From Albugo candida (lineage: Eukaryota): a stretch of 64,000 nt of DNA. A program made the position numbers and the translations under genes. The notes beneath the pieces are model-generated. The model worked only from the letters and a program-made list of their open reading frames with translations. It did no database searches and had not been told where the DNA came from. Positions 45,640 to 57,473 of the stretch are shown piece after piece. The stretch's first letter is position 1. Every line of letters starts with the position of its first letter. The DNA lies in assembly GCA_040437565.1 (NCBI GenBank), contig JBDOQK010000056.1, positions 124,001 to 188,000 of the forward strand, read 5' to 3'.

Positions 45640-48600
45640 TCAATCCCAATACCAAGAAGGCTGGCGATGCGAGAGGATGTAGAGTAAGTCGTCTTCCGTA
45701 ACCAATTCTCCCGGACTCGGGCTTGTATAGACATATCCCAAGGATGCATTTTCGCCATCCTTCAGGTACCGAAAAAGCCCCAAAACGAGCATTCCTTCCG
45801 ACAGCAAAAGCCCGTGAAACATCTCAGCAAAACATCGACCCACGAGATGTTTCGGGGCTCTGGTAGCGTACAACGAGCTCCGTTGAAGCATTTCGTCGGC
45901 CGTATCACTCAAATCTTCCGATGACTTGTCTTCCAAAACGAAGCCATCCTATCGAACACTGTCAGCGCCCCACAGACTTTGACTGCAGCCAACGTACGCT
46001 CTTCCATGCAGCCGAAATAAATTCGTGCAGAATCCTCTTAATCATCGGATTGAAAAACTGATTGATCATAAGGTTATCGCAAAATGATAAGCTGCATGTC
46101 AATCCTGAGGCAAATGCCGGGGAAACCGAGAAATCCGATGCTGTAAGGGCTAAAGTCTTTTTCTCAGAAGGGAATCCTCGCCTGGGCTCTTGAAGCAGCG
46201 ATTGTGCGATGTAATGGACATTGGATCGATTCGTGAGCTCAGTGATGATACTCCCGGCCTTGTGGTGCCCCACCATTGACAACACTGTCCTGTAGAGCGC
46301 TAGACAAGGCTAAAGACAATGTGAGCAACCGATCATGAGATGAGAAGCAAGTCTACCGCATCGGCTAGCAACTCGGTCTCGCAGGACTCAGAAAAAGCTT
46401 CACGCTGAGTCGACATGAGNNNNNNNNNNNNNNNNNNNNNNNNNNNNNNNNNNNNNNNNNNNNNNNNNNNNNNNNNNNNNNNNNNNNNNNNNNNNNNNNN
46501 NNNNNNNNNNNNNNNNNNNATACTTCCGGCCTTGTGGTGCCCCACCATTGACAACACTGTCCTGTAGAGCGCTAGACAAGGCTAAGGACAATGTGAGCAA
46601 TCGATCATGAGATGAGAAGCAATTGTACCGCATCGGCTAGCAACTCGGTCTCGCAGGACTCAGAAAAAGCTTCACGCTGAGTCGACATGAGCACAATTCG
46701 AAAAGACTTTTGAACTCCACCGAGCTGTAAGCTTGAGATATGATATGGGTTCCTGTGAAGGAAATACACGTCTGGAAAGTGAGCAAACAGAGCATACTGC
46801 TCCTCGTTTGGGATTGTTGCAGCTATAAACACAATGGGTCGATGAGGATGCAGCACATCCACACGCAAAGGACCGATAAAGTAAGGCATGTGCTCGGGGA
46901 ATGTATCCATTGACACGACACAAACTGTGATAGGATCCAATTGGAACTGTAATGTGCTCACGTCGTCGATAAGAACGTCATGGAGCCTGCGAGGACCTGT
47001 GTCACCTGCTTTACCAACAATGGAAGGACGATGAAGCAGTCGAGGAAGACAATTCGGGACTTGAGATTGACCCAAGAGGGAGTTTGATAGAGGTGGTCTC
47101 CAGCTTCCCTTCGTCATAGACTCGACTGCATCCGCTTGACGCCGGTCTTTGGCGATCGCAATTGCTGATTCGTAACCCACGCACGTATACGAGAAGCCTG
47201 GATTCAAAAGAATGTTGCTCTGAGGAGCTCCAGCCGGGACAATTGCGAATACGATAACACCACATTTCTCGAAGATAAGACCCGATACCTGAGCAAATGC
47301 CATTCCTCCAACGACAGCCTCGCTTGGAAGCTTGACACAATAGAGCTCGTGGCTGGCTCCATGCAAATACCGTGAGACCCAATGCGATGTTTCTGCATCC
47401 AAATAAGAGTTAGACGCATTCACGTTCGATGAGCACGTGAGGTTGTAGATCAGAGTCGAAAAGCCCGGACAGACACAATTTTGTGCCAGTAGTGAAAGCA
47501 CCAGCTCCGGATAGAACAAAGCGTTTTCTACGTGTAGATCTTCCATCAAGCGAGCATTACACGATCGATGCATTTGCACGTATAACGGGGCGCAAGGCCC
47601 AAAACGCTTGGCCGCCAAAACTCGCATAAGCGTTCGATAATCGCATTCTTGCTCGTCTGTTTGCTTATTTGCATGAGATAGAATGAAGATTGCAGAAGCT
47701 GAGCAGCAAGCGGATCGTTCTGCATCTTGCTGATCCAAAATGCTTCCCTGGATAAAGCTTGTTCGCTTCGAGTAGAATGGATCCATTAAGAGAGCCTGCA
47801 ATGAGCTGGAAGGTTCTTCTTCCGATAGCACCACTACGTTGACATCCACAACATCATGATCATCGTGAAAGACCTCGTGGAAGAAGCAGTCGATGCGTAA
47901 GGTGCTCAGGTCTCCACAGAGAACCACATGCCGAACACGGCTAGAAGGCTTATACTTTGCTGCTTGGTACACTGAGAAAGCACTTCGGAGATCCATCACG
48001 TGAGCGAGCTGGTAGGGTACAATCACTATGAGTACGACCACGAGGATGCCGACAAAGAGCTTTGCGAGCGTATTGTCTGCCGGGGGAACTTGAATGGTCA
48101 CAAACATGAGTATGGAGTTGAAAAAGGAATTGAAAAACGTCCAATTATGATTCCATTTGATCCTTTCATCGAGCGTTTCAGCAATCTGGAGGATCCCTGC
48201 GGCACATGCGATGATGAAAATCAGCTGCAAGTAGCATAGAGCGGCAAATTGCTGCACTGGAGCCATATACTCGTGACAACGTGCTAAAACGGCTTTGATA
48301 GATTGATAGCAATGAAGGAAACGGACAGGGTACAAAAAACGCCATGGAGAAGCTCCAAGCCAAAGCGTACTACACAAGATACCTAGTTAGGGATTAATGA
48401 GATCGATGACCTTGATTGATAGCGTACGCACTGTGAGGAGACCAGAAATGATGCTGGAAGTACCGGAAGGGTGATACAAAGAACTTCCAAAGTGGAGACT
48501 GATAGAATCGAGTCAAGACGATGATCAGAGAGATATACGTCACGGAAGAAGAAAGCTATGAAAAAGCATGCCGCTAAGATTATTTCCAGGCTCCATTGCA

Positions 48601-48989
48601 AAGGTGGAAGCTATTAGAAAGTATCAGAGTCTCGTAACATGCGGCTCCTACTACTTACAGAGCTCAGCGGGGGCTGATACGTTCTCAGAATGTATGAACA
48701 AGAGAATAAAAAAGAGGAGATCGCAACCACGACGTCGTAAAAAATCCCAAATGTGCTGTGGTCCAAATACCTTGACAGAATCACAATCAAACATTTTTGG
48801 CCTGGAAAGCCTCAAGTAAGAAAACCTGCTTATTCGATCTCGGAGGCGTTTTCCGCGCAAAAAATTAAATGAGGTAGAGGATACGACACCTTTGTAGACT
48901 TATTGAGTGAAATTCAAAGTACAGGAGCAGCTTGACGCACCATGGGCGCTTCCAAGGCTTCTGTGCGGTGGAACGGATTCTTTCATCAT
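45640..48989 (-). CDS. BK/Slo-family (RCK-containing) ion channel-like protein with non-canonical pore (multi-exon)
   Basis: S4-S6-like segments, RHVVLCGD, FFHEVFHDDH, FIQGSILD, LLAQNCVCPGFSTLIYNL, RYLHGASHELY, ILLNPG, IITEL, PAFASG, LVLGLFR, YVYTSP. Confidence 0.88.
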
Positions 48990-49210
48990 AGTGCGATGAA
49001 ACGGAGACGTCTTGCACAGGAAGCGTGACAAATATGTTGAGTGTGTCACTTATATAAGAAATGTACCATTGGAATCGTTCCGTAATGCTTTGTGTGCTCC
49101 GTGCATAGCTGCGTATTGTTCGAAGCGTTGGGTGCGGAATGCATCATGACGTTTCAAGATCCGTCCAGGTCAAGAAGCGAATCACTTATATATTAATGTG
49201 TACACCTTAA

Positions 49211-51904
49211 CTAGCTGTTTTGTTTATCTACCCATGTCTCACAACTGAGCTTTTTTACTTGCACTACGTCTGCGGAAGCCACGATCGGAGCGTGTATCTG
49301 TAAACTGGGAAGTGTCCCACATATCAAGAGCATGGGATCCATGCATTTGTCTGCGTAGTAATCTCCATATTCCTGTGGATGCATCCCACTGTCTTCATCT
49401 TCCGCTTCTCCTTGTGAATTGATAGAATTCCTTCGTGTACTTGAGTTATTCGCATAAGATGTGGCTCCATTTTTGTAATAAAGCAGCTCTTCACGGAGCA
49501 ATCGGTATTTTTCCTGAGACTTTATAATTTGCGATCGAAAAAGCGTTTGATACTGCTGAAGTGAGCTTTGAAGACACGCCATGTGATTNNNNNNNNNNNN
49601 NNNNNNNNNNNNNNNNNNNNNNNNNNNNNNNNNNNNNNNNNNNNNNNNNNNNNNNNNNNNNNNNNNNNNNNNNNNNNNNNNNNNNNNNTCATCTTCCGCT
49701 TCTCCTTGTGAATTGATAGAATTCCTTCGTGTACTTGAGTTATTCGCATAAGATGTGGCTCCATTTTTGTAATAAAGCAGCTCTTCACGGAGCAATCGGT
49801 ATTTTTCCTGAGACTTTATAATTTGCGATCGAAAAAGCGTTTGATACTGCTGAAGTGAGCTTTGAAGACACGCCATGTGATTCCCTTGTTCTGCCAGTCG
49901 CGTCTCATTGGTGTGTACAGCAACCTCTGCTTGGTTTCGCAAGTTTTGAAGAAGCACTTCTAGCTCTTCCACATGCTTTCTCAACTTCAAATTCTCTTCT
50001 GATAAATAAGACCCTTGCTCGTGACTTTCACTCTCAAGGAATGAACGTGAGAGACTCTGCAGTTTGAGTTTGAGCTCGCAAATCTGAATTCCTCTTTCTT
50101 GAGATTGTATTTGGTGTACACAAACCTTTCCATTCTCGTCGATATCATGGTCAGGATTGTAATTACTTGATTGGATTCCAGGACATCGGGAGAAAGCTTC
50201 AGTGATCAGCAATGAATCAGTTGATGTGGTGATACATTTGATATCGATAATATTGTGCTCTCCAGTCGATAGCACGGTCCTCCAATCAGCCATTTGAAGC
50301 AGCTTTCGCAAACTGAGCGTTGGATAAAGAAGAGCTGGAACGGTGGAGTGTGTATTCACCGATAATAAGGTCACTGTGATCTCCTCCAAGCTCTTCTGCA
50401 AGTCATTCAGTTCTTGGTCTTTGACATTTTTCTCAGCCTGAATCGATTCTTTATCTCGTTCGATTTCAGCATTCCATTCTGTGAGATGCTCACATTTTCG
50501 CTCATACTCTTCCATTCTTCGAAGTAATTGCGTGTGAGACATTTTTAGAGAGCCGTCAAGCTGCTCATTTGAATTCCATTGCAGTTCATTAGATCCCTCA
50601 GGCTTTATTGCATCACGTTTCTCGTTTTCACGACCCGTATCGAGAGAGTCGGCTCTGGTTTCCAAATCATGCTTGAGAGCTTGTATCTCTCGTTTTCCAG
50701 CCGATACAGCTTCCATTGCTTGCAGGTATAGCTCTTTGAGCTTTTGTTTCGGCAAATCATCGTCCTCCAATGGTGAAGAAACCAGCATATTTTTCAGCTC
50801 TTTTGCACGTAATCCAAATCGAAGAGTCGACATGGTTTCTGACAGATTATATGTGCTGCAGGATGCGGTCAGTATCAGAGCTATTTTCGCTTTTCCACTC
50901 AGAGAATCTTGCAAAATGCGAGTGAGTTTACTGTCCCGGTACGGAACGTGTTTCTTCCCTTCAGCCAGAGCTTTGATCACATTACTTAACGCTGAAAGCG
51001 ATTTGTTGATGGAAATTGCTTCCTGGAGAGCCTTACCACTGACATTCGATTTATTCACAAGCTCTGATCCAGCCAAGTCAACAATATACATTGTACAGCT
51101 CTTCAGCTTCATCCGTGACCCATCCACTAACGTTTGATAGCGCGCCATCGTTATTGTAAAGACGCTGTGACTTCGACTTGAATCCTTGTTCATCTTGGTC
51201 GATGTCACAGCTCTTTGCTGAGTCCCCGATCGAACGTATTCAATCATTGTGCCAGCGTCTGGAGCAACCAGCTCGGTCATATCACTGATGAAGACACCAC
51301 GTTGTGAGCATTCGCGTACGCGAAGAAGTCCTCCAGTGTTACGCGCATTCCCAGCCGAAACCGATGCTGAAGACCGACCACTCCTATCCGTACAATGCAA
51401 CAAATCACGAATTTGCTCCAAGTAAATCTCCACGAATGAAGCAGTAAATTCGAGACAAGTGGAATCGTCTTGATACGTCTCCTTCTCACGATACAAGTCT
51501 CGTATTAACCGCGGAATGATCCCGTCACTCTGATTCACAATCGATTTTGACTGCTTGGTGCAGGCATCCATGCAGCCTGAGATCGTGTGCGTCTTTCCGG
51601 AACCAGTCTGCCCGTACGCGAAAATGGTGCAGTTACCACCTTGGATGAAGTCATGTACCAAGTGTTTTGCGCTGTTCTCATACACTTGTTCTTGTGTGGC
51701 AGTAACGTCAAAGATACGATCAAAAGTGCAGCGTAAATCGTCGACTTCACAATGAGCGCTGCGGATATATACTCCGCGATCGTCAACTACTGTCGAACAG
51801 GAACTAGCACCGACTTCTTTCTCTAAGGCGTTCTGGGGCCGAAGTCGGCAGTACACTTGGATGTTGAAAGGAATTTCCTGCGAGTCGGAAGAGGAGTCTG
51901 GCAT
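49211..51904 (-). CDS. Kinesin motor protein (kinesin-1-like N-terminal motor with coiled coil)
   Basis: IQVYCRLRP, FAYGQTGSGKTHT, SFVEIYLE, SSRSH, VDLAGSE, HVPYRDSKLTRILQDSLSG. A ~65-aa duplication across the gap is artefactual. Confidence 0.95.
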   Translation of the reverse strand: MPDSSSDSQEIPFNIQVYCRLRPQNALEKEVGASSCSTVVDDRGVYIRSAHCEVDDLRCTFDRIFDVTATQEQVYENSAKHLVHDFIQGGNCTIFAYGQTGSGKTHTISGCMDACTKQSKSIVNQSDGIIPRLIRDLYREKETYQDDSTCLEFTASFVEIYLEQIRDLLHCTDRSGRSSASVSAGNARNTGGLLRVRECSQRGVFISDMTELVAPDAGTMIEYVRSGTQQRAVTSTKMNKDSSRSHSVFTITMARYQTLVDGSRMKLKSCTMYIVDLAGSELVNKSNVSGKALQEAISINKSLSALSNVIKALAEGKKHVPYRDSKLTRILQDSLSGKAKIALILTASCSTYNLSETMSTLRFGLRAKELKNMLVSSPLEDDDLPKQKLKELYLQAMEAVSAGKREIQALKHDLETRADSLDTGRENEKRDAIKPEGSNELQWNSNEQLDGSLKMSHTQLLRRMEEYERKCEHLTEWNAEIERDKESIQAEKNVKDQELNDLQKSLEEITVTLLSVNTHSTVPALLYPTLSLRKLLQMADWRTVLSTGEHNIIDIKCITTSTDSLLITEAFSRCPGIQSSNYNPDHDIDENGKVCVHQIQSQERGIQICELKLKLQSLSRSFLESESHEQGSYLSEENLKLRKHVEELEVLLQNLRNQAEVAVHTNETRLAEQGNHMACLQSSLQQYQTLFRSQIIKSQEKYRLLREELLYYKNGATSYANNSSTRRNSINSQGEAEDXXXXXXXXXXXXXXXXXXXXXXXXXXXXXXXXXXNHMACLQSSLQQYQTLFRSQIIKSQEKYRLLREELLYYKNGATSYANNSSTRRNSINSQGEAEDEDSGMHPQEYGDYYADKCMDPMLLICGTLPSLQIHAPIVASADVVQVKKLSCETWVDKQNS

Positions 51905-52108
51905 CAAGAAGATGAGATAATAGCTTCACGAGAAGAAACAGAATTCTTAGTTCGTAGGATGCATTTAGATGTGTAAATATAGCGTAGTAGCTGCTTTTCT
52001 AATCGAATCAGTTCAGAAAGAATGATTGTAGCATTCTTCTAGGAATGCGATGCAGGGCCGAGACGTTCTGATTGGTGGAATTCGTGCTAGAACTGTTTGT
52101 TTGGCGGA

Positions 52109-52606
52109 ATGCGAGTTTTTGTTACTGTGGGCACGACTAAGTTTGACGCGTTGATCGAAGCTTTGGATCAGAGAGAATGTTTACGGGCTTTGTATGAACA
52201 TGGATATCGAGAAATCACAATGCAGATTGGTCACGGAATGTATGTACCTCGTGGAATACTGGAAGACAGACCAGATTTGAAATTATCCTATTATCGGCAT
52301 GATCCACATTATAAAAAAGATGTCGTGAAGGCTGATTTAGTGATAAGTCATGCCGGTGCTGGATCGTGTATGGATACGCTCGCCGAAAAGAAAAAACTCA
52401 TCGTCGTTGTTAATACAGCTCTTATGAACAATCATCAGGCAGAATTAGCCGACGCTATGGATGAAAGGAGGTACTGTATCAAAACTACTTGCAAAGATTT
52501 ACCGGATACGCTCAAGCAAGGGCGCTGGAAAGATGATTTAGAGCCGTATCCCTCGCCGAATTTGAACGCATTTCCAGCATTAGTTGATGCACTGATGGGC
52601 GTATAG
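52109..52606 (+). CDS. ALG13: UDP-GlcNAc transferase subunit ALG13
   Basis: VFVTVGTTKFDALI, ADLVISHAGAGS, LIVVVNTALMNNHQAELA. Confidence 0.95.
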   Translation: MRVFVTVGTTKFDALIEALDQRECLRALYEHGYREITMQIGHGMYVPRGILEDRPDLKLSYYRHDPHYKKDVVKADLVISHAGAGSCMDTLAEKKKLIVVVNTALMNNHQAELADAMDERRYCIKTTCKDLPDTLKQGRWKDDLEPYPSPNLNAFPALVDALMGV

Positions 52607-52780
52607 CTACTTTCGTGTGACTTTTTATTGGGTCCACATTCGGGTAACAATANNNNNNNNNNNNNNNNNNNNNNNNNNNNNNNNNNNNNNNNNNNNNNNN
52701 NNNNNNNNNNNNNNNNNNNNNNNNNNNNNNNNNNNNNNNNNNNNNNNNNNNNGGTAACAATACTTTGACATCGTGTTACA

Positions 52781-53562
52781 ATGGCTCGAAATGAGGAAAA
52801 AGCGCAGTCTTTGCTGAATCGATGGACGTCCATGAAGCAAGACTTTGCGGATACCTTCAAAAAGTAACAATAAAGACATTCTATTCGCTCGATTCCCATG
52901 ACCAGTTTGATATGACGTGCACTTTTCGCGCCATAGTCGTCGACCTTACACAGCCTCGCTATGCCACACGCTTCGAGATGCAGAACGTTTTCGCCGGCAA
53001 ATTGTGCGTGAAATATCAAGAAAAATCTCAGACATACAAAACGGTCCGTACAGATGCCTTGAGACACACTCATTGGTTGCGTAGCAACGTTATTCAAAGC
53101 CACTTAACTCATGCTCGGTGCATTCATGTAGCGGGATCAAGCGAGCATATAATTCGCGATCTAAATGATGAGATAAATAGAAAAATACGATTGAAGAGGC
53201 ACTGGGAGCTACGAATTGTCGAATTAGGAGGACCTGATTATGGAAAGAGTCAACCGCAAGTCTACGAATCCGATGATAATGTGGTGCATGCTGGCGGCTA
53301 CAAATACTTTGGAGCAGCCAAGAATCTACCGGGCGTCCGTGAACTATTTGAGAAACCAAAAGAAACCAACGAAAAAAAGCGGACTGTGGATGACCTCTAT
53401 GCCAATATTTGTCCAGACTATTACGGATTTCGCGATGACGATGTTGCGGAGCTATTGGAGGAAGAAAAGCGAGTGGAAAAAGCTCAGCGTCAGGAGGCCA
53501 TAGAGGAATGGGAAGCGCAACACGGGGCTGAGAAGTATAATACGAAAGCATCTGTACCATAA
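52781..53562 (+). CDS. ISY1: Pre-mRNA splicing factor ISY1 (multi-exon)
   Basis: MARNEEKAQSLLNRW at 52781; IRDLNDEINRKIRLKRHWELRIVELGGPDY, GYKYFGAAKNLPGVRELF, PDYYGFRD. Confidence 0.95.
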
Positions 53563-53745
53563 CATTTTTATCTGTTGAATCGTCAGATCGCTAATGTGTG
53601 AATTTTGCAGGTCGCTTGCTCTTAGTAACAAAATGAATTGACAAAATACAAACAGTACCATTTCGTACTTAAGCAACTTAGCTCGGTAGAGTTTGATGCT
53701 GCCATCTATTTCCTTTGGTAGCAAGCGCATTGAGCTCCGTAGCAT

Positions 53746-54031
53746 TTATTTGAAGTGTCGAATCGGATTTATGTTTTGTGCTTTTGCGTATTCTTTTGAA
53801 GCCTCCGTCCACTCAGCGCTGGTTGTTTTTGGAGACTTTGGAATACTTCCGCCAAAATCCTCGCCTGATCATAGAATTTCGTTAGTTACTAGCGTAGCTT
53901 GAATCGTAGAGGGCGTGACTCACCTGAGTAACGTTGTAATGTGAATAACACAGTCGAGAGACCGATTCCTGCCCCTACGCCCACGACAATCGCCTGATTT
54001 GTTGGCAAAGATGCGAGTAGTTTATGCAGCC
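53746..54031 (-). CDS. Cytochrome c oxidase subunit IV-like (COX4/yeast Cox5) small protein; 5' end lies in the gap
   Basis: TM helix AIVVGVGAGIGLSTVLFTL spliced to GEDFGGSIPKSPKTTSAEWTEASKEYAKAQNINPIRHFK*, matching the COX4 P-x-T-x-x-x-EW...EY...NP motif. Confidence 0.65.
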
Positions 54032-54534
54032 NNNNNNNNNNNNNNNNNNNNNNNNNNNNNNNNNNNNNNNNNNNNNNNNNNNNNNNNNNNNNNNNNNNNN
54101 NNNNNNNNNNNNNNNNNNNNNNNNNNNNNNNTATATCGACTAACGTGTTTTTTCTGACGTGAATGGTGCGTTGGATTTCCAAGCCAGCGCGAGTTTTGCA
54201 TGGTAGCGGGTACCACAATGCGAAAACGGTGATGGATTGCTTCTACCGGGATAAGCGGGACAGAGTCAGATAACATCGACATCCAAATGCTTTTCAGGCA
54301 TTGGAAATATATCTTTACATTATAAGTCACCGTTTATGCCTTTATCAGCGCCCATAACATAAAAAAGAGGCCGTATGATGACACGGAAGTGTTTCATTCG
54401 ACATATATCTGCAACTTAGTAACCAAACACAACACTTCTTTCGTTAGCTATGTGTCACAATCTCGAAAAAAATTTGGATCTTTGAAATCTGACTTGTCTT
54501 CTTAGTAAATTATTACATCAAACGTTGATTCCTA

Positions 54535-57397
54535 CTACTGGAAACCATCGCTTTGGTGGATACTCAGCATCATTTCCAGGCCTCTCAGAGATCGAATTTG
54601 ATCTTTCACCTGCGAGCTATGCTGACATAACTTGGCGAGTAAGACTGCGACATTTTTTCTGGCGAGGCCATTGGAAAGAAGCTGTAGTATTTTGACAAGA
54701 ATTTCAAGATTGAATGGTTTCGACAGGGCGGAAAGAATCGTTTGCGATGTCTCTGTGTGTGTTACCAGTGTGATCACTACGGCTAAGATGTTTCCGATTA
54801 GCCTTTCAGAAGTAGCATTGGATTTGCCTTCGAGACCGCTCTTCTTGTCCACATAATAATGAAGCACCGAAACGATAGATGGAACGATCTCCTTATAACA
54901 GAGAAGTCTTGCACACAAACTGCTCTGTTGTTTGATTATCCATCCAATGTGACACCATACCTGAGAAAACAGTTGCAAGACAGCTCCATCATAATTCGCA
55001 TCGTTGGATTTTATGCAGGAAGAAAGGTGTCGATGTAGCTGTACAAGCGGACCAAGCATTTGAAAGCACATGTCATCGTACCCGTCATAGCCCTTGGCAC
55101 ACTGATGATGGCGGCAGAGGATGCTGACACAGTAACCGATCAAAGTTGCATGATTCAGTACCCAATCCAATTCATTTGCGAGAGAAAGTTTTATTATTTG
55201 TGTCACTGGTACCGTGCCCCTTGCGTTCATCAGAACCTTACGGCAATACGAGTCATCTTGGAAAGTGAGGTTGATTAATGTTGCAAAAACGCGCTCCAAA
55301 AGGGTACTCCATCCGATCTTATTCATGCAGCTTGTCGCAATTGTGGCGCCTGCACTTGCCGTTTCCACCAATTGTGTAACCAGTACTCTGTTTTCTTCTA
55401 CTTGTTGGCTTAGTCGGGTTTGGATATACGAATTGGTCGTCAAATTCACCAGAAACCCCAGCAGATCCAGCATCGTATTGGTCGTTGATGTCACTGTAGA
55501 AATTCTGTCTGCGATGTATGCACCAGCAGCATAGATCGCGGTCATATATATCGATTCTGGTAATCCCACAAACGCCTGGATTCCTTGTGCTGAATCGCTC
55601 ACAGTGAAGCAAAGACTACAAATGTAATGGAATGACCGCGGCTTACTATTGTCAAGTAGGAAGAGAAAGCTTGTTAAAACTTGTGGGGATCGTATGACGT
55701 GTTTTTTCCACGATTGAAGCGTGATCGTTGTATCGAGAAAGCAGAGTGCGGATTCGAGTACATCTTTTTTGGTGCAATTTTCTCTGCTCCAAGACACTAT
55801 AGCATCGTTGATTGCTTCTGGAAGGCACGCTTGCTGGAAAATGATTAGTTGATTTCGTGGAGATTGACGACAGCAAGCTTCTAGGATTTTAAAGCTTGAT
55901 GAAATGATTTTCGCTTGCCTTTCCAGGCCGACTATTTGGTTGATTGAAAGACATCGATCATGTGCTTGCAAGTGGCTGACCAGAATTTGACAGAATTGAG
56001 GCAGATTATTGCTTGTACGAAACCACAAACGTGCATCCGTATCACGAGACAATATCGTCGCTATAAGCTCGTAACCTTCTGTAAGATCGATCTCATTATC
56101 CGGTGCGTCTCGGATCAGCTTCAAAAGGCTTCTTAGTCTCAAAATGGCCGAGCCCCTGGCAGCTTGCAAGTTGATCAGTGTATCAGCAGTTGAATCTTCG
56201 ACAGTATCACTCTCGTTGAGATTATATTTTTTCACGAGTTTGGCATGCAAAAGGGTGTCCTCATACTCACCAACAATGCTCGAGTATTGCTCCAGTAAGT
56301 CTGGATTACTTTTCTCAATACGAACAGCAATCTTAAGATCATCGACGGCTTCCTGCAGACGATTTTGTTTGTACTTTGCAGCTGCACGGCGTGAAAGTGC
56401 TTTGACATGTTGCGGATCGATGAAAATTGCCCGAGAGCTAAACTCGATAGAATCGTCCATTTGATCAAGTCGGAAGTGGCATAACGCAACGTTGAAGAGG
56501 ATGGCAGCTATGAAAGGAGTCTCACGTATTGCTTTCATATACATATCGATAGCCTGTTCATATTGCTTGCGTTTATAGAACGCATTGCCCTCAGCTTTCC
56601 ACTCTATGTGCATAAAGTGAGATGTTGATCTCGATATTGAGAATATTAAACGTACTTTGGGAACTCTTTTGTTTTTCACGCTCTGATTTCTGGCGTTTAT
56701 TCAAGTCTTTTTTGAACTGGTCACAAAATTGTGAATTATTACGCTCGAATGCCTCATTTTCCAGCTTTGTACGACAGTCTTCTTTCTCCTTTTCTTCCTC
56801 CATACTTGCTGGGTCATGTGGCTTCCAGTGATCCCATATTGAGTAATCGTTTGCGTCCTTTTCTTTGTAGGAACATACGATGCGATTCTTATCGTGTTCT
56901 CTTTCAAGACCTTCACCTTCCTCCACAGAGCCACTTGCTCGCAGTCTGGCTCGGTTCCACCAAATCTCTTTCTCTTCCGCTTTCATTTTCTCTTTTCCTT
57001 CATGCTGAAAAGTAGTTAGAAGGATACAGAACGGCAGAGCATGTCATAGAGCTGGATACCTCTCGCTTCTTTCGTTCGAATTCTTTCCGCTTACGCTCCT
57101 CTTCGTCTCGTTCTTGCTGCTCAGGAGTCTTGTACCCTGGAATCTAGTAGGTTTTGTCTTACATAATGCTCAAAGATGACTTCAACATACCTTGCAATTT
57201 GCTGGGTCAAAAGTTCCATTCTTAATCTCTTTCATCGCTAATGCAACCTACGCGATAAAGCTCTGTATCCGATGCAGAAATAGTTGCATACTCAAATCAA
57301 TGGCTCTCACCGCATCTACTTTGTTGAGAAACAAATCGACTTCATCGTCCGAAACACATTTTGGACGCGTCATTTCTAAAGCTTTTTGCGGATCCAT
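54535..57397 (-). CDS. TTC12: TPR + armadillo protein TTC12 (axonemal dynein assembly), multi-exon
   Basis: N-terminal DDEVDLFLNKVDA; TPR WKAEGNAFYKRKQYEQAIDMY...KALSRRA; C-terminal KNVAVLLAKLC...IRSLRGLEMM. Confidence 0.7.
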
Positions 57398-57473
57398 TTT
57401 TGTGTCCTTTTAAGATCGCTTTATAGTACGCGTTATCGAAATACCGGTAATATACGGTATCTTGCTGCTTTTA

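Noticed and set aside
45340-45754. Second copy of the BK-like channel C-terminus
   Set aside because: Apparently identical gap-flanking overlap, not a paralogue.
49392-49882. Repeated ~65-aa segment in the kinesin tail
   Set aside because: Apparently exact overlap across a placeholder gap. The same pattern occurs at the gaps near 10155, 22585, 27755, 43006, 45498 and 52653.
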